The position numbers and the translations under genes are program-made. A stretch of DNA of 64,000 bases from an uncultured Gemmatimonadales bacterium (GTDB taxonomy: Bacteria; Gemmatimonadota; Gemmatimonadetes; Gemmatimonadales; GWC2-71-9). Shown here piece by piece: positions 54,725 to 64,000 of this stretch. Every line of letters starts with the position of its first letter. The stretch's first letter is position 1. The notes beneath the pieces were generated by a model. The model was not told the origin of the DNA. It did no database searches and saw only the letters and a list, made by a program, of their open reading frames with translations. The DNA is taken from assembly GCA_963730185.1 (NCBI GenBank), contig CAVSQW010000008.1, forward strand, positions 384,001-448,000. Direction: 5' to 3'.

Positions 54725-54746
54725 ACTTGCTGGACGTCTAGCAAGT
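54725..54746. promoter_or_regulatory. Candidate TetR operator
   Basis: ACTTGCTGGACGTCTAGCAAGT: 22-bp palindrome with one mismatch, 6 bp upstream of the tetR ATG. Confidence 0.72.
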
Positions 54747-54868
54747 ATAGCGATCGGATCGATTCGGCTCAAGAGATCCAGGAGGGGAGTGAGCGATTTT
54801 CGGGGTGACCAGCCCAGGGATCGGCCATCTAAGTTACAATGAATCAACATATTCCAAGGAGCCTGACC

Positions 54869-55072
54869 ATGTCGGTTGCCAAGGTCGTCGAGATCACCGC
54901 CACCTCGAAGAAGAGCTTCGAGGACGCCATCACCGAGGGCATCCAGCGGGCCCACACCACCCTCAAGAACGTGAAGGGCGCCTGGGTTCAGGGACAGAAG
55001 GTGGAGGTCGAGAACGGCAAGGTCTCGGCCTACCGGGTGGATCTCAAGGTGACGTTCGTGCTCTCGGACTGA
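54869..55072 (+). CDS. Dodecin family protein
   Basis: MSVAKVVEITATSKKSFEDAI...YRVDLKVTFVL; AAGGAG upstream. Confidence 0.9.
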   Translation: MSVAKVVEITATSKKSFEDAITEGIQRAHTTLKNVKGAWVQGQKVEVENGKVSAYRVDLKVTFVLSD

Positions 55073-55105
55073 ATTAGCTTTGGGGCTCTCACGAGAGGGC
55101 TCCAA

Positions 55106-56884
55106 GTGGATCCGGCCAACGAGTCGACCTGCGCCAACTGCGGCGCTCCGGTTCCCGCGGTCGCCACCTTCTGCTCGCGATGCGGCACCCGCATCGGGGC
55201 GGCGGCGACCGCGGGCGCGCCCGGAGCGGCGACCACCCCGATGTCATCGCCTCTGCCGGAGCCCGACACCCCCGAGCGGCTCGCGGCGGCGCTGGGCGCC
55301 AATTACGAGGTCCGCGGCCTGATCGGGCGGGGCGGCTTCGCGGACGTCTTCGAGCTTTGGGACAAGGGACTCTCCCGGCGTCTGGCCGCGAAGGTACTGC
55401 GCCCGGACGTTGCCTGGACCCAGGGCATGCTGGCCCGGTTCCGGGAGGAGTGCCGGGTCCTGGCCAGCCTCAGCCATCCCAACATCTTGCCGATCCACTT
55501 CGTGGGCGAGGGCGAGGGCCTGACCTACTACGTCATGCCCTACGTCGAAGGCCAGTCGCTCGGCTCCTACCTCCGCTCCCACGGCAAGATGGAAGTGGAT
55601 CGGGCCCTCGAGGTCGCGGTCCCGATCCTCGAGGCGCTCGGGCACGCGCACCAGGCCGGGCTCCTCCATCGGGACATCAAGCCCGACAACGTCCTGATCG
55701 ATGCCACGACCGGGCGGGCGCTGCTGGTGGATTTCGGGATCGCCAAGCGGATCGACACCAGCGGGCCGCAGTACACCCAGACCGGCTTCGTGGTGGGCAC
55801 GCCGCAATACATGAGTCCGGAGCAGGCGCTGGGGCAGGGAGGGCTCGACGCCCGGAGCGACATCTACGCCTTCGGGGCGATGCTCTTTCAGATGGTCACC
55901 GGAGCGCCGCCCTACGACGGTGACTCCTCCCAGGAGATCGTCGGCAAGCACATCGCCGAGCCGGTCCCGGTGCCGGCCGACCGGAACGCGCGGATCCCCA
56001 TCTGGCTCTCGAACATCATCGTCCGCTGCCTCGCCAAGAAGCCGGCCGACCGGTTCCAGTCGGCGTCGGCGCTCCTCGACGCCATTCGAGTGGGAAGCGC
56101 GTCGCCCGCCGGAGCGACGGAGTCGGCCGCCCGAGTGGCGGCCCGGGCCAGCGGGGTGGTCGCCCCGCCCGATCCGATGCCACCGGAACCCGGGCGACCG
56201 GGCACCGCCACGACGGCTGCCGTCGGCGCCGCGAGCCCGGGCGACGCCGGACCGGCCGCCGCCCCGCCGACCCCACGTCGTCGCGGAGCCTTGCTGCCGG
56301 CCGTTCTCGTCGTGTTGGCGCTGGCCGCCGCCGGCTGGTGGCTCTTCGGGCGGCCGGCCTCGGTGAGCCTGACCAACCGGTTCGACCTCCCGCTCACCGT
56401 CACCCTGCCGGACGGGGCCACCGTGTCGGTGCCGCCCGGCGAGACCCAGACGATTCGCCTTCCCGGCCCCGGCTTCGTTCGGCTGGCCTGGAGCGTGGCC
56501 GCCCGAGCGGCGCCGGACGGCTCGCCCATGGGCGAGGCCCCGGGCGGGGAGCTCCAGCTGACTGCCCGCCGCGGCACGGTCGACGAAGCCATCGGCCTGG
56601 GGCAGGCCCGGGTCCCGATGTTCGAGCCGCTGATCACCAACCAAGGCTCCGTGCCGCTGCACCTGGTGGTGAACGCCGGGTTGGGCACGGCGCGGCCCTG
56701 CCATTGCCAGGTGGAGCCCGGTGCGGTCCGGGTCCCGATCGGGTTCTATCCTCTCTACCAGAACACCACGGTCGAGGCCAGCGACCCGTCCGGCCGGCAC
56801 GCCACCTTCCATGACCTCGGCCCCCAGGTGGACCGGCGCCTTTGGAAGGTCGGACTCGAGTTTACCGACCAGGACTTTCGGTAG
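55106..56884 (+). CDS. Membrane Ser/Thr kinase with N-terminal zinc ribbon
   Basis: [37 protein letters not shown] segment and C-terminal beta domain. Confidence 0.9.
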   Translation: MDPANESTCANCGAPVPAVATFCSRCGTRIGAAATAGAPGAATTPMSSPLPEPDTPERLAAALGANYEVRGLIGRGGFADVFELWDKGLSRRLAAKVLRPDVAWTQGMLARFREECRVLASLSHPNILPIHFVGEGEGLTYYVMPYVEGQSLGSYLRSHGKMEVDRALEVAVPILEALGHAHQAGLLHRDIKPDNVLIDATTGRALLVDFGIAKRIDTSGPQYTQTGFVVGTPQYMSPEQALGQGGLDARSDIYAFGAMLFQMVTGAPPYDGDSSQEIVGKHIAEPVPVPADRNARIPIWLSNIIVRCLAKKPADRFQSASALLDAIRVGSASPAGATESAARVAARASGVVAPPDPMPPEPGRPGTATTAAVGAASPGDAGPAAAPPTPRRRGALLPAVLVVLALAAAGWWLFGRPASVSLTNRFDLPLTVTLPDGATVSVPPGETQTIRLPGPGFVRLAWSVAARAAPDGSPMGEAPGGELQLTARRGTVDEAIGLGQARVPMFEPLITNQGSVPLHLVVNAGLGTARPCHCQVEPGAVRVPIGFYPLYQNTTVEASDPSGRHATFHDLGPQVDRRLWKVGLEFTDQDFR

Positions 56885-56891
56885 GCCTGGC

Positions 56892-58118
56892 GTGCCGCCC
56901 CGGATCCTGCTCGCCGACTGCGACCAGATGTTCGTGGCGGTCGCCCGCCTGGTCGACCCGGAGGGCGCCGGCCGGGCGCCGCTGCTGGTGGTTGGGGGTC
57001 GGGCCGAGAGCCGGGGCGTGGTCTGCTCGGCGTCGTACGAGGTCCGGGCCTTCGGGGTTCGGAGCGGGATGCCGATCGCGCGGGCCGCGCGGCTCTGTCC
57101 GGAGGCCACCTTCGTGCCGGTGCCTCGGCACGCCTGCCTGGAGAAGAGCCGCGCCGTCCGGGCGGTGCTCGAGCGGTGGGCGCCCCGGGTCGCCGCGGCG
57201 AGCATCGACGAGTTCTACCTCGACCTGACCGGGACCGAGGCCGTGTACCGGCACGAACCCCTGGCCCGAACGGCCGAGCGGCTTCGGCAGGACGTGCTGG
57301 AGGCGACCGGCCTTCGTCTGTCGGTGGGGGGCGGCACCAACCGGCTGGTCGCCAAGCTCGCGGCCGAGCGGGCCAAGCCCCGACCGGAGACTGGCGGCGT
57401 CGGGGTGCTGGTCGTGACGCCGGGTCAGGAGGCGGCCTTCCTGGCCACTCACCGGCTCGCCGAGATCCCTGGGGTGGGACCCCGGCTCCAGGCCATCCTC
57501 GAGAAGTACGGGCTCCGGACGGTGCCCGAGGCGCTCGGGGTCGATCGAGGGGGGCTCGAATCGTGGCTGGGACCGCGCACCGGGGCGTGGCTCTTCGATC
57601 GAATCCGGGGGCGGGGCAGCGGGGAGATCGGCACCGACGTTGGGGCCAAGTCGATGAGCCACGAGGAGACGTTCGCCCGGGATCTCGGGACCGACGACGC
57701 CCTCGAGACCGAGCTGCTCCGCCTCGTGACCCGGCTGGCCGCCGACCTCCGGAAGGCCGGCCTCCGGGCCCGGTGCGTCACGGTCAAGCTCCGCGACTAC
57801 GACTTCCGCACCCGCCAGACGAGTCGAACCGTGCCCGAGCCGGTCGACGCCGACCGAGTCGCCTACGGCGTGGCGGTGGCGCTGCTCCGCCAGCTCCGGG
57901 CCCGCCGCCGGGTGCCCGCCCGGCTGATCGGCGTCGCGTTCTCCCGGTTCGAGGACGAACGGGAGCCGCAGCTCGACCTCCTGGCCGACGCGGCCCCGGC
58001 CGGCGGGGAGGCCAACCGCGATCGCCGGGTCGCGGCCGTGGTCGACCGGGTCAATCGGCGCTTTGGGCGTCAGGCCCTCGAACCGGCCCGCCTCAAGTCC
58101 GGCCGGCGCGACCGGTGA
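56892..58118 (+). CDS. dinB: DNA polymerase IV (Y family)
   Basis: ILLADCDQMFV, SASYEVRAFGVRSGM, SIDEFYLD, IPGVG, SMSHEETF. Confidence 0.9.
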   Translation: MPPRILLADCDQMFVAVARLVDPEGAGRAPLLVVGGRAESRGVVCSASYEVRAFGVRSGMPIARAARLCPEATFVPVPRHACLEKSRAVRAVLERWAPRVAAASIDEFYLDLTGTEAVYRHEPLARTAERLRQDVLEATGLRLSVGGGTNRLVAKLAAERAKPRPETGGVGVLVVTPGQEAAFLATHRLAEIPGVGPRLQAILEKYGLRTVPEALGVDRGGLESWLGPRTGAWLFDRIRGRGSGEIGTDVGAKSMSHEETFARDLGTDDALETELLRLVTRLAADLRKAGLRARCVTVKLRDYDFRTRQTSRTVPEPVDADRVAYGVAVALLRQLRARRRVPARLIGVAFSRFEDEREPQLDLLADAAPAGGEANRDRRVAAVVDRVNRRFGRQALEPARLKSGRRDR

Positions 58119-59165
58119 CTACATGATGTGGACCGCGGTCGCCTTGACCGCGGCCAGGGCGGGCTGACCGGCGTCGAGTCCCATCTCGTCGACCGACCGC
58201 CGGGTCAGGTGGGCCACCAGCGGGAGGCCCACGTCGAGGTGAACCGTCGCGAGGGCCCCCACCGTCTCCACCCGGACCACCCGGCCGCGAAGGTGGTTCC
58301 GGGGCGGGCTCGGGAGCTCGGTCCGGGAGACCAGAATCTCTTCCGGGCGGATCATCGCGTGACACGGCCCCCGCCGCTCCGTCACCACCTCGAGCTCGAG
58401 CGGCCCGCTCGCGAACACGCTCCCCCGGCCCGCCACCTCGCGCACCTCGCCCGCCAGCACGTTGCCGCTCCCGATGAAGTCGGCGACGAACGCCGTGGCG
58501 GGCTCCCGGAAGACCAGCCCGGGTGGCCCCTCCTGAACGATCCGACCGGCGTTGAGCACCGCGACCAGCGAGCCGAGCCGGAGGGCGTCCTCGAAATCGT
58601 GGGTCACGTGAACCACCGTGGCCCGCTCCAGGGCGTGAATCCGATGGAGCTCCTCCCGGAGCCGGCGCCGGGACCGCGGGTCGATGGCCGTGAGGGGCTC
58701 GTCCAGGAGCAGCAACCGGGGACGGGGGGCGAGCGCCCGGGCGAGCGCCACCCGCTGACGCTCCCCGCCGCTCAGATCCTCGATCGAGCGTCCCAGGAGG
58801 ACCTCGATCCCGAGGACCGCGGCCAGCTCGTCGATCCGGGCTGTCCGCCGGGCCTCGGTCGACTCGGATCGCTTCAGTCCGTATCCGATGTTCTGGGCCA
58901 CGGTCAGGTGGGGAAAGAGGTGATGACGCTGGTAGACCACCCCGACCCCCCGCGCTTCGGGCGGCAGGTCGGTCGCATCGACCCCCCCGATGGTGATGGC
59001 GCCCGCCGCCGTCTCGAGGTGCCCGGCGATGGCCTCGATCAGGGTGCTCTTGCCGGCGCCGGTCGGGCCGATGACGAGGGCATAGCTCTCGGCGGGGACG
59101 CTCAGACTGATCGGTCCGAGGTGGAAGCCGCCCCGGCTCACTTCCAGCTGCTCGAGCCGGATCAC
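58119..59165 (-). CDS. Molybdate/tungstate ABC transporter ATPase with TOBE domain (ModC/WtpC-like)
   Basis: GPTGAGKST, LSGGERQRVALARAL, C-terminal SPPRNHL..VKATAVH. Confidence 0.85.
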   Translation of the reverse strand: MIRLEQLEVSRGGFHLGPISLSVPAESYALVIGPTGAGKSTLIEAIAGHLETAAGAITIGGVDATDLPPEARGVGVVYQRHHLFPHLTVAQNIGYGLKRSESTEARRTARIDELAAVLGIEVLLGRSIEDLSGGERQRVALARALAPRPRLLLLDEPLTAIDPRSRRRLREELHRIHALERATVVHVTHDFEDALRLGSLVAVLNAGRIVQEGPPGLVFREPATAFVADFIGSGNVLAGEVREVAGRGSVFASGPLELEVVTERRGPCHAMIRPEEILVSRTELPSPPRNHLRGRVVRVETVGALATVHLDVGLPLVAHLTRRSVDEMGLDAGQPALAAVKATAVHIM

Positions 59166-59953
59166 GTCGGCTCCTTCCCCTCGAGCAGCGAGAGCGCGAT
59201 GACCATCAGCACCCCCACCGCCACCAGCAGCGCCGCCGCCGGGATGACTCCCTCCAACCCGTCGGTCGTCAGGCGGTCGTAGATCAGCACGCTGGCCACC
59301 CTCGGGTGGTAGGTCAGCACCACAATCGCCCCGAACTCGCTCACCGCCCGGGCCCACGAGATCAACGCTCCCGCGGCCACGGCCCGGCGGGCCAGGGGGA
59401 ACGTGACCCGACGGAACGCGGCCCACTCGGTGTCGCCCAGCGACCGGGCCACCCGCTCCAGGGCGGGGTCGACCGCGCGGAACGATTGGGTGGCGGCTGA
59501 GACGAAGATCGGTACCGACACGAACGTCATCGCGGCGATCAGGCCGGGGACGTGGTTCACGACCTCGAGCCCCAGGCTGGCCAGCGCCCGACCCACGGCC
59601 GTGTTCCGTCCGAAGAACATCAGCAGCGCGATTCCGGCGACGGGGTGGGGGATCAGCACCGGGATCTGAAGCACGCCCCACACGGCCCGCCGCCCCGGGA
59701 AGCGATACCGAGCCAGCAGGTACGCCAGTGGTACCCCGAGAATCACCGACACCGTGGTGGCCGCGCTGGCGGTGAGAATCGTGAGACCGATCGCGTGCTG
59801 CAGCTCCCGGTCGCCGGCGATGCCCGAGAGCGACGCCTGGGGCGAGAAGAGCAGCAACCGGACCACCGGCCCGACGATGAACAGCACCAGCAGGGCGCTG
59901 AGGATCGCGAAGGCCGGTGTGGTCTGGCCGAAAGAGCGGCGGAATCGGGTCAC
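59162..59953 (-). CDS. Molybdate/tungstate ABC permease (ModB/WtpB-like)
   Basis: IPHPVAGIALL, ERVARSLG, WARAVSEFGA. Confidence 0.85.
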   Translation of the reverse strand: MTRFRRSFGQTTPAFAILSALLVLFIVGPVVRLLLFSPQASLSGIAGDRELQHAIGLTILTASAATTVSVILGVPLAYLLARYRFPGRRAVWGVLQIPVLIPHPVAGIALLMFFGRNTAVGRALASLGLEVVNHVPGLIAAMTFVSVPIFVSAATQSFRAVDPALERVARSLGDTEWAAFRRVTFPLARRAVAAGALISWARAVSEFGAIVVLTYHPRVASVLIYDRLTTDGLEGVIPAAALLVAVGVLMVIALSLLEGKEPT

Positions 59954-60105
59954 GGCTCGGCGATCGGTCCGCGGGTCGAAGGGCGTCTAAGATCGCGCCG
60001 ATACCGGATCAAGTCCACCGGCGCCTATATTACGCCGGAATCGCCAGTCGCCGAGGCCGGCGACCCCTCTCCACCATCCGAATTTCGCCTCCGGAGGCGT
60101 GGTCG

Positions 60106-60609
60106 ATGCGCATCAGCGCCAGCATGCAGCGGGCCTTGAACGAGCAGATCCAGAAGGAGTTCGGCGCTTCCTACCTGTATCTGTCGATGGCCGCCTATTT
60201 CGCCGAAAAGAACCTCAACGGCTTCGCCCGCTGGATGCGGATGCAGGGGCTGGAGGAGGCGAAGCACGCCATGCGGATCTTCGATTTCGTCGAGGATCGG
60301 GGCGGGCGGGTCACCCTCGAGGCGATCGACCGCCCGCCGCCCGACTATCCCTCGCCCCTCGGCGTCTTCGAGCACGCCCGGGATCACGAGGCCAGGGTCT
60401 CGTCCGGCATCCACACCCTCTACGAGCTCGCTGCCACCGAGAAGGACTACGCCAGCCAGGCGATGCTCCAGTGGTTCATCACCGAGCAGGTCGAGGAAGA
60501 GAAAACCAGCAACGAAATCGTCGAGACCCTCCGGATGATCGGTGACAACAGCTCCGGTCTCTACATGGTCGACAAGGAGCTCGGCGCCCGGCAAGGGAGC
60601 GAAGGATGA
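60106..60609 (+). CDS. ftnA: Non-heme ferritin
   Basis: LNEQIQKEFGASYLYLSMA, EEAKHA, LQWFITEQVEEE. Confidence 0.92.
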   Translation: MRISASMQRALNEQIQKEFGASYLYLSMAAYFAEKNLNGFARWMRMQGLEEAKHAMRIFDFVEDRGGRVTLEAIDRPPPDYPSPLGVFEHARDHEARVSSGIHTLYELAATEKDYASQAMLQWFITEQVEEEKTSNEIVETLRMIGDNSSGLYMVDKELGARQGSEG

Positions 60610-61502
60610 CGCCCCCTCCGCGGGTCGCCTTTCTCGGCCTCGGCGCCATCGGGCGACCGATGGCCGCCCGGGTCGCCGCCCGCTATCCGCTGACCGTCTG
60701 GAACCGGACCGGGTCGGTCACCACCGAGTTCGTCGGCTCGGTCGCCGCCCAGGCTGCCGCCTCGCCGGCGGACGCCGTTCGCGACGCCGACGTCGTCATG
60801 GCCTGCCTCTCCACCTCGCGCGACGTGGAGGCCGTCCTGGCGAGCGGTGGCACCGAGGCGGCCCTCAAGCGAGGGTCGCTCTTCCTCGACTGCACCTCCG
60901 GTGATCCGGCCACCTCTCGCGCCATCGCCGCCCGGCTCGCCGCCAACGGAGTGGCCTTCGCCGACTGTCCCGTGAGCGGCGGGACCAACGGCGCCGAGGC
61001 CGGGGTCCTGACCGTGATGGTCGGAGCCGAGCCCGCTGTGTTCGAGCGAGCTCGTCCCTTGCTCGAGACCTTCGGCAAGCTGATCGTCCGGGTGGGCGAC
61101 GTCGGGGCCGGCGACACGATCAAGGCCGTGAACCAAGCCCTCCTCGCGTCGAACATCCTGAGTCTCGCCGAGGGGCTCACCGCGATGGTCAAGGCCGGCG
61201 TCGAACCCCGGCGGGGCCTCGAGGTGATCAACGCCTCCAGTGGTCGCTCCTTCGTCAGCGAGAAGCTGGTCCCGGAGCGGGTCCTCACCGGGACCTGGCC
61301 CAACACCTTCCGTCTGGCCCTGATGGACAAGGACGTGGGCATCGCGATGGAGCTGATCGGCCAGCTGGGACTCGAGGCCCCCGTGTTGGACCGGGTCAAG
61401 GAGATTCTCGGGCGGGTCCGCTCGGAGCTCGGCGAAGGCGGCGACTACCTCGAGGCGATTCGGCTGGCCGAGACCAAGGCCGGGGTGGAGATTCGCGGAT
61501 GA
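60606..61502 (+). CDS. Beta-hydroxyacid (3-hydroxyisobutyrate-type) dehydrogenase
   Basis: FLGLGAIG, DCPVSGG, KAVNQ, FRLALMDKD. Confidence 0.88.
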   Translation: MTPPPRVAFLGLGAIGRPMAARVAARYPLTVWNRTGSVTTEFVGSVAAQAAASPADAVRDADVVMACLSTSRDVEAVLASGGTEAALKRGSLFLDCTSGDPATSRAIAARLAANGVAFADCPVSGGTNGAEAGVLTVMVGAEPAVFERARPLLETFGKLIVRVGDVGAGDTIKAVNQALLASNILSLAEGLTAMVKAGVEPRRGLEVINASSGRSFVSEKLVPERVLTGTWPNTFRLALMDKDVGIAMELIGQLGLEAPVLDRVKEILGRVRSELGEGGDYLEAIRLAETKAGVEIRG

Positions 61503-61984
61503 GCGGCGGCTGGGTGGATACCCGGCGCCTGCGCGCCGAGATCCTGCTCTCCGGCCGGCGGCTCATCACCGGCGACATCTATCTCCAGCTGGTGGCGGAG
61601 ACGCACTCCGGGCCGGAGTCGCCGGTGGACCTCCTCAATCGGCAGGAGGAGTTCTTCGCCGTGATGCTCGACGGCGAGCAGCCGGTGTTTCTTGCCAAGT
61701 CGCAGGTGCTCTACGTCCGCCTTCCGCCGCAGCCGACCATCGACGACCCGGACCGCGAATCGGCCGCCCGCCGGCTCAACCTCGAGATCGAGCTGACCGA
61801 CGGGACCGTGTGCGAGGGCCTGGTCGCGATCGAGCTCCCGCCCGACCGGCCCCGGATGCTCGATTTTCTCAACATCGTGCCCGGCTTCTTCGCGATGGCC
61901 GCGCCCGAGGCCGTGCTCCTGCTCAACAAGCGCCACATCCGGGCGGCCAGTCCGCTCGCCCAGGTACCGCATGCCGCGACTTGA
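61499..61984 (+). CDS. Hypothetical protein with internal duplication (DUF6812-like)
   Basis: Two similar halves (ITGDIYL..DLLN..FFAV..LAKSQV and CEGLVAI..DFLN..FFAM..LNKRHI); overlaps both neighbours. Confidence 0.65.
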   Translation: MSGGWVDTRRLRAEILLSGRRLITGDIYLQLVAETHSGPESPVDLLNRQEEFFAVMLDGEQPVFLAKSQVLYVRLPPQPTIDDPDRESAARRLNLEIELTDGTVCEGLVAIELPPDRPRMLDFLNIVPGFFAMAAPEAVLLLNKRHIRAASPLAQVPHAAT

Positions 61985-63419
61985 TCGCTTTCTCTCCGTC
62001 ATGAAGCAGCAGGCGGCCGACGGAATCCGTATGGTCTCCGGCCAGCCGATCGCGCTCAAGAAGAACGGGCTGGTCAAGGCCATGACCCGGGACGCCCTGA
62101 GCGAGCAGCAGGTGATTGGCCTCCTCCGCGAGATCGCCCCGCCGCCGATGCTCGACCGGATCGGCGCGGAGCCCGAGCTGGCCTTCACCTACGACGGGCC
62201 CGACGGCGCGGTCGAGGTGCAGGTGGCCCCGGCCAACGGGAGCGTGAGCGCCACCCTCCGGTCGCTCTTCCCCCCGGTCCGCCGCTCGGACGTCGCGGCC
62301 CGTGAGCCGGAGCCCGATTTGACCGGTCCCCGCGAGCGGGTCGAGACCCTGCTCCGCGGCATCGTGGCGAAGGGCGCCAGCGATCTCCACCTTCGCTGTG
62401 GGAGCCCGCCCGTCCTCCGGAAGGATGGAATCCTGGAGCCGCTCGAAGAGGCACCTCTCGGGGCCGAAGAGGTGGAGCTCATGCTCCGGAGCCTGATGTC
62501 GCCCGGCGACTTCGACCGCTGGCGCCGGGAGGGCGACGCCGACTTCGCCCACGAGATGCCGGATGTCGCCCGCTTTCGCGGCAACGCCGGCCGCGATCGA
62601 CTCGGCCCCATCGCCGTGTTCCGGGCCATCCCGGCCACCATCCTGACCGCCGACGAGCTCGGTCTCTCGCCCGAGGTCCAGGCCCTCTGCCAGCTGACCA
62701 AGGGCCTGGTTCTGGTGACCGGGCCGACCGGGTCAGGCAAGTCGACCACCCTGGCCGCCCTCGTCGACCTGGTCAATCAAACTCGGACCGATCACATCGT
62801 CACGATCGAGGACCCGATCGAGTTCGTGCACGCGAGCCGGAACTGCCTGGTGACCCAGCGCCAGGTCGGGCTCCACACCCACGGGTTCAAGTCCGCGCTC
62901 CGGGCCGCCCTCCGCGAGGATCCCGACGTGATCCTGGTCGGCGAGATGCGCGACCTCGAGACGATCGCGATCGCGATCGAGACGGCCGAGACCGGGCATC
63001 TCGTCTTCGGCACGCTGCACACCACCACCGCCGCCTCGACCGTGGACCGGATCATCGACCAGTTCCCCGCCGACCGGCAGAGCCAGATCCGGGTCATGCT
63101 GGCCGAATCGCTCCGGGGCGTGGTGGCGCAAACCCTCTGCCGGCGGAAGGGTGGAGGACGGGTCGCCGCGTACGAGGTCCTGCTCTCGACCCCGGCGCTC
63201 TCGAACCTGATCCGCGAGGGCAAGACCTTCCAGATCCCCTCGATCATGCAGACCAGCCGCCGTCTCGGCATGATGACGCTGAACGACTCCCTTCTCGATC
63301 TCCTCACCCGCGACCTGGTCGAGCCCAAGGAGGCCCTGCTCCGGGCGGTGGACAAGGCCAGCTTCGCCGCCATGCTCAAGGCCAAGGGGCTCGACACCTC
63401 TTTCGTGGCCGACGGGTGA
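61971..63419 (+). CDS. pilT: Type IV pilus retraction ATPase with extra N-terminal domain
   Basis: ASDLHL, GPTGSGKSTT, TIEDPIE, LREDPDVILVGEMRD, GTLHT, ALSNLIREGK. Confidence 0.9.
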   Translation: MPRLDRFLSVMKQQAADGIRMVSGQPIALKKNGLVKAMTRDALSEQQVIGLLREIAPPPMLDRIGAEPELAFTYDGPDGAVEVQVAPANGSVSATLRSLFPPVRRSDVAAREPEPDLTGPRERVETLLRGIVAKGASDLHLRCGSPPVLRKDGILEPLEEAPLGAEEVELMLRSLMSPGDFDRWRREGDADFAHEMPDVARFRGNAGRDRLGPIAVFRAIPATILTADELGLSPEVQALCQLTKGLVLVTGPTGSGKSTTLAALVDLVNQTRTDHIVTIEDPIEFVHASRNCLVTQRQVGLHTHGFKSALRAALREDPDVILVGEMRDLETIAIAIETAETGHLVFGTLHTTTAASTVDRIIDQFPADRQSQIRVMLAESLRGVVAQTLCRRKGGGRVAAYEVLLSTPALSNLIREGKTFQIPSIMQTSRRLGMMTLNDSLLDLLTRDLVEPKEALLRAVDKASFAAMLKAKGLDTSFVADG

Positions 63420-64000
63420 GCGAGCCGCCGATCCTGGTGCTGGTGGAACCCCAGGACATCGTGAACATCGCCAGCGCGGTCCGGATCGCGAAGAACTTCC
63501 GGATTCCCTGGCTCCGCCTGGTCAAACCCGCCATCTTCGATCCCTACCGCATCGAAGGGATTGCCCATTCCACCGCCGACGTCGTGGAGCGGGTCCGGAT
63601 CTTCGACACCCTCGACGACGCCTTGGCCGACTGCGTCTACGCCGTGGCGCTCACCGCCCGGGAGCGGAGCGCCAAGCGCGTCCTGCTCCGGCCCCGGCCG
63701 GCCGCCGCGTTGCTCACCGAGCGGAGCGAGGAGGGGCCGGTGGCCTGCGTGTTCGGCCGGGAAGACAAGGGCCTCACCAACGACGAGCTCGACCGGTGCA
63801 ACGCCCTGGCCAGCATCGCCACCAACCCGGAGCATCGGTCGCTCAACCTGGCGCAGGCCGTGGCCATCATGGGCTACGAGAGCTGGAACGCCAGAGAAGG
63901 GATCGACCGCCCCCGCAAGCCGCCCCGCCGGCGGGCCGCCGCCGCCAGGGGCGAGGACCTGGCCCGGCTGTTCCACGACTGGCACCGGGCCCTCTGGTCG
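63416..64000 (+). CDS. TrmJ/TrmH (SPOUT) RNA methyltransferase, truncated by the window end
   Basis: GTG 63416 reads ILVLVEPQDIVNIASAVR..VFGREDKGLTNDEL..SLNLAQAV; absent from the ORF track because it has no stop in the window. Confidence 0.88.
   Translation, partial: MSEPPILVLVEPQDIVNIASAVRIAKNFRIPWLRLVKPAIFDPYRIEGIAHSTADVVERVRIFDTLDDALADCVYAVALTARERSAKRVLLRPRPAAALLTERSEEGPVACVFGREDKGLTNDELDRCNALASIATNPEHRSLNLAQAVAIMGYESWNAREGIDRPRKPPRRRAAAARGEDLARLFHDWHRALWS

Noticed and set aside
60018..60038. Inverted repeat CCGGCG-N9-CGCCGG upstream of ferritin as a Fur box or IRE
   Set aside because: The arms are pure GC and likely by chance; no resemblance to the Fur box or the CAGUG loop.

Overview
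High-GC bacterial chromosomal segment. The gene content (ADOP permease, TIGR02999-like ECF plus kinase, Ig/RCC1 lipoprotein, short RpoD-like sigma) suggests Gemmatimonadota or a similar phylum; this is an inference. About 50 CDS, mostly housekeeping: ettA, thrBC, three-gene pnt transhydrogenase, acnA, infA, csp, queCEF, speA, gltA, dinB, ferritin, pilT, a SPOUT methyltransferase, and Fe- and Mo/W-type ABC transporters. I saw no rRNA, tRNA, CRISPR array or mobile element. Several genes (about 10.2-12.1 kb, 34.4-39.8 kb and 43.4-44.6 kb) carry clustered indels that look like long-read errors. Main observations: (1) a secreted, cysteine-free peroxiredoxin-like selenoprotein, split by the ORF track, with an in-frame UGA at the catalytic position and a SECIS-like hairpin; (2) an ECF sigma and TPR Ser/Thr kinase pair divergent from three unannotated secreted or outer-membrane genes, a candidate surface-assembly system; (3) a diguanylate cyclase coupled to a tandem pseudokinase-kinase; (4) an apparently dead Mesh1/SpoT-type HD protein coupled to queE; (5) a Methanosarcina Cam-type gamma carbonic anhydrase; (6) a family of heptamer-repeat, G-rich/C-rich elements found only at convergent gene junctions.
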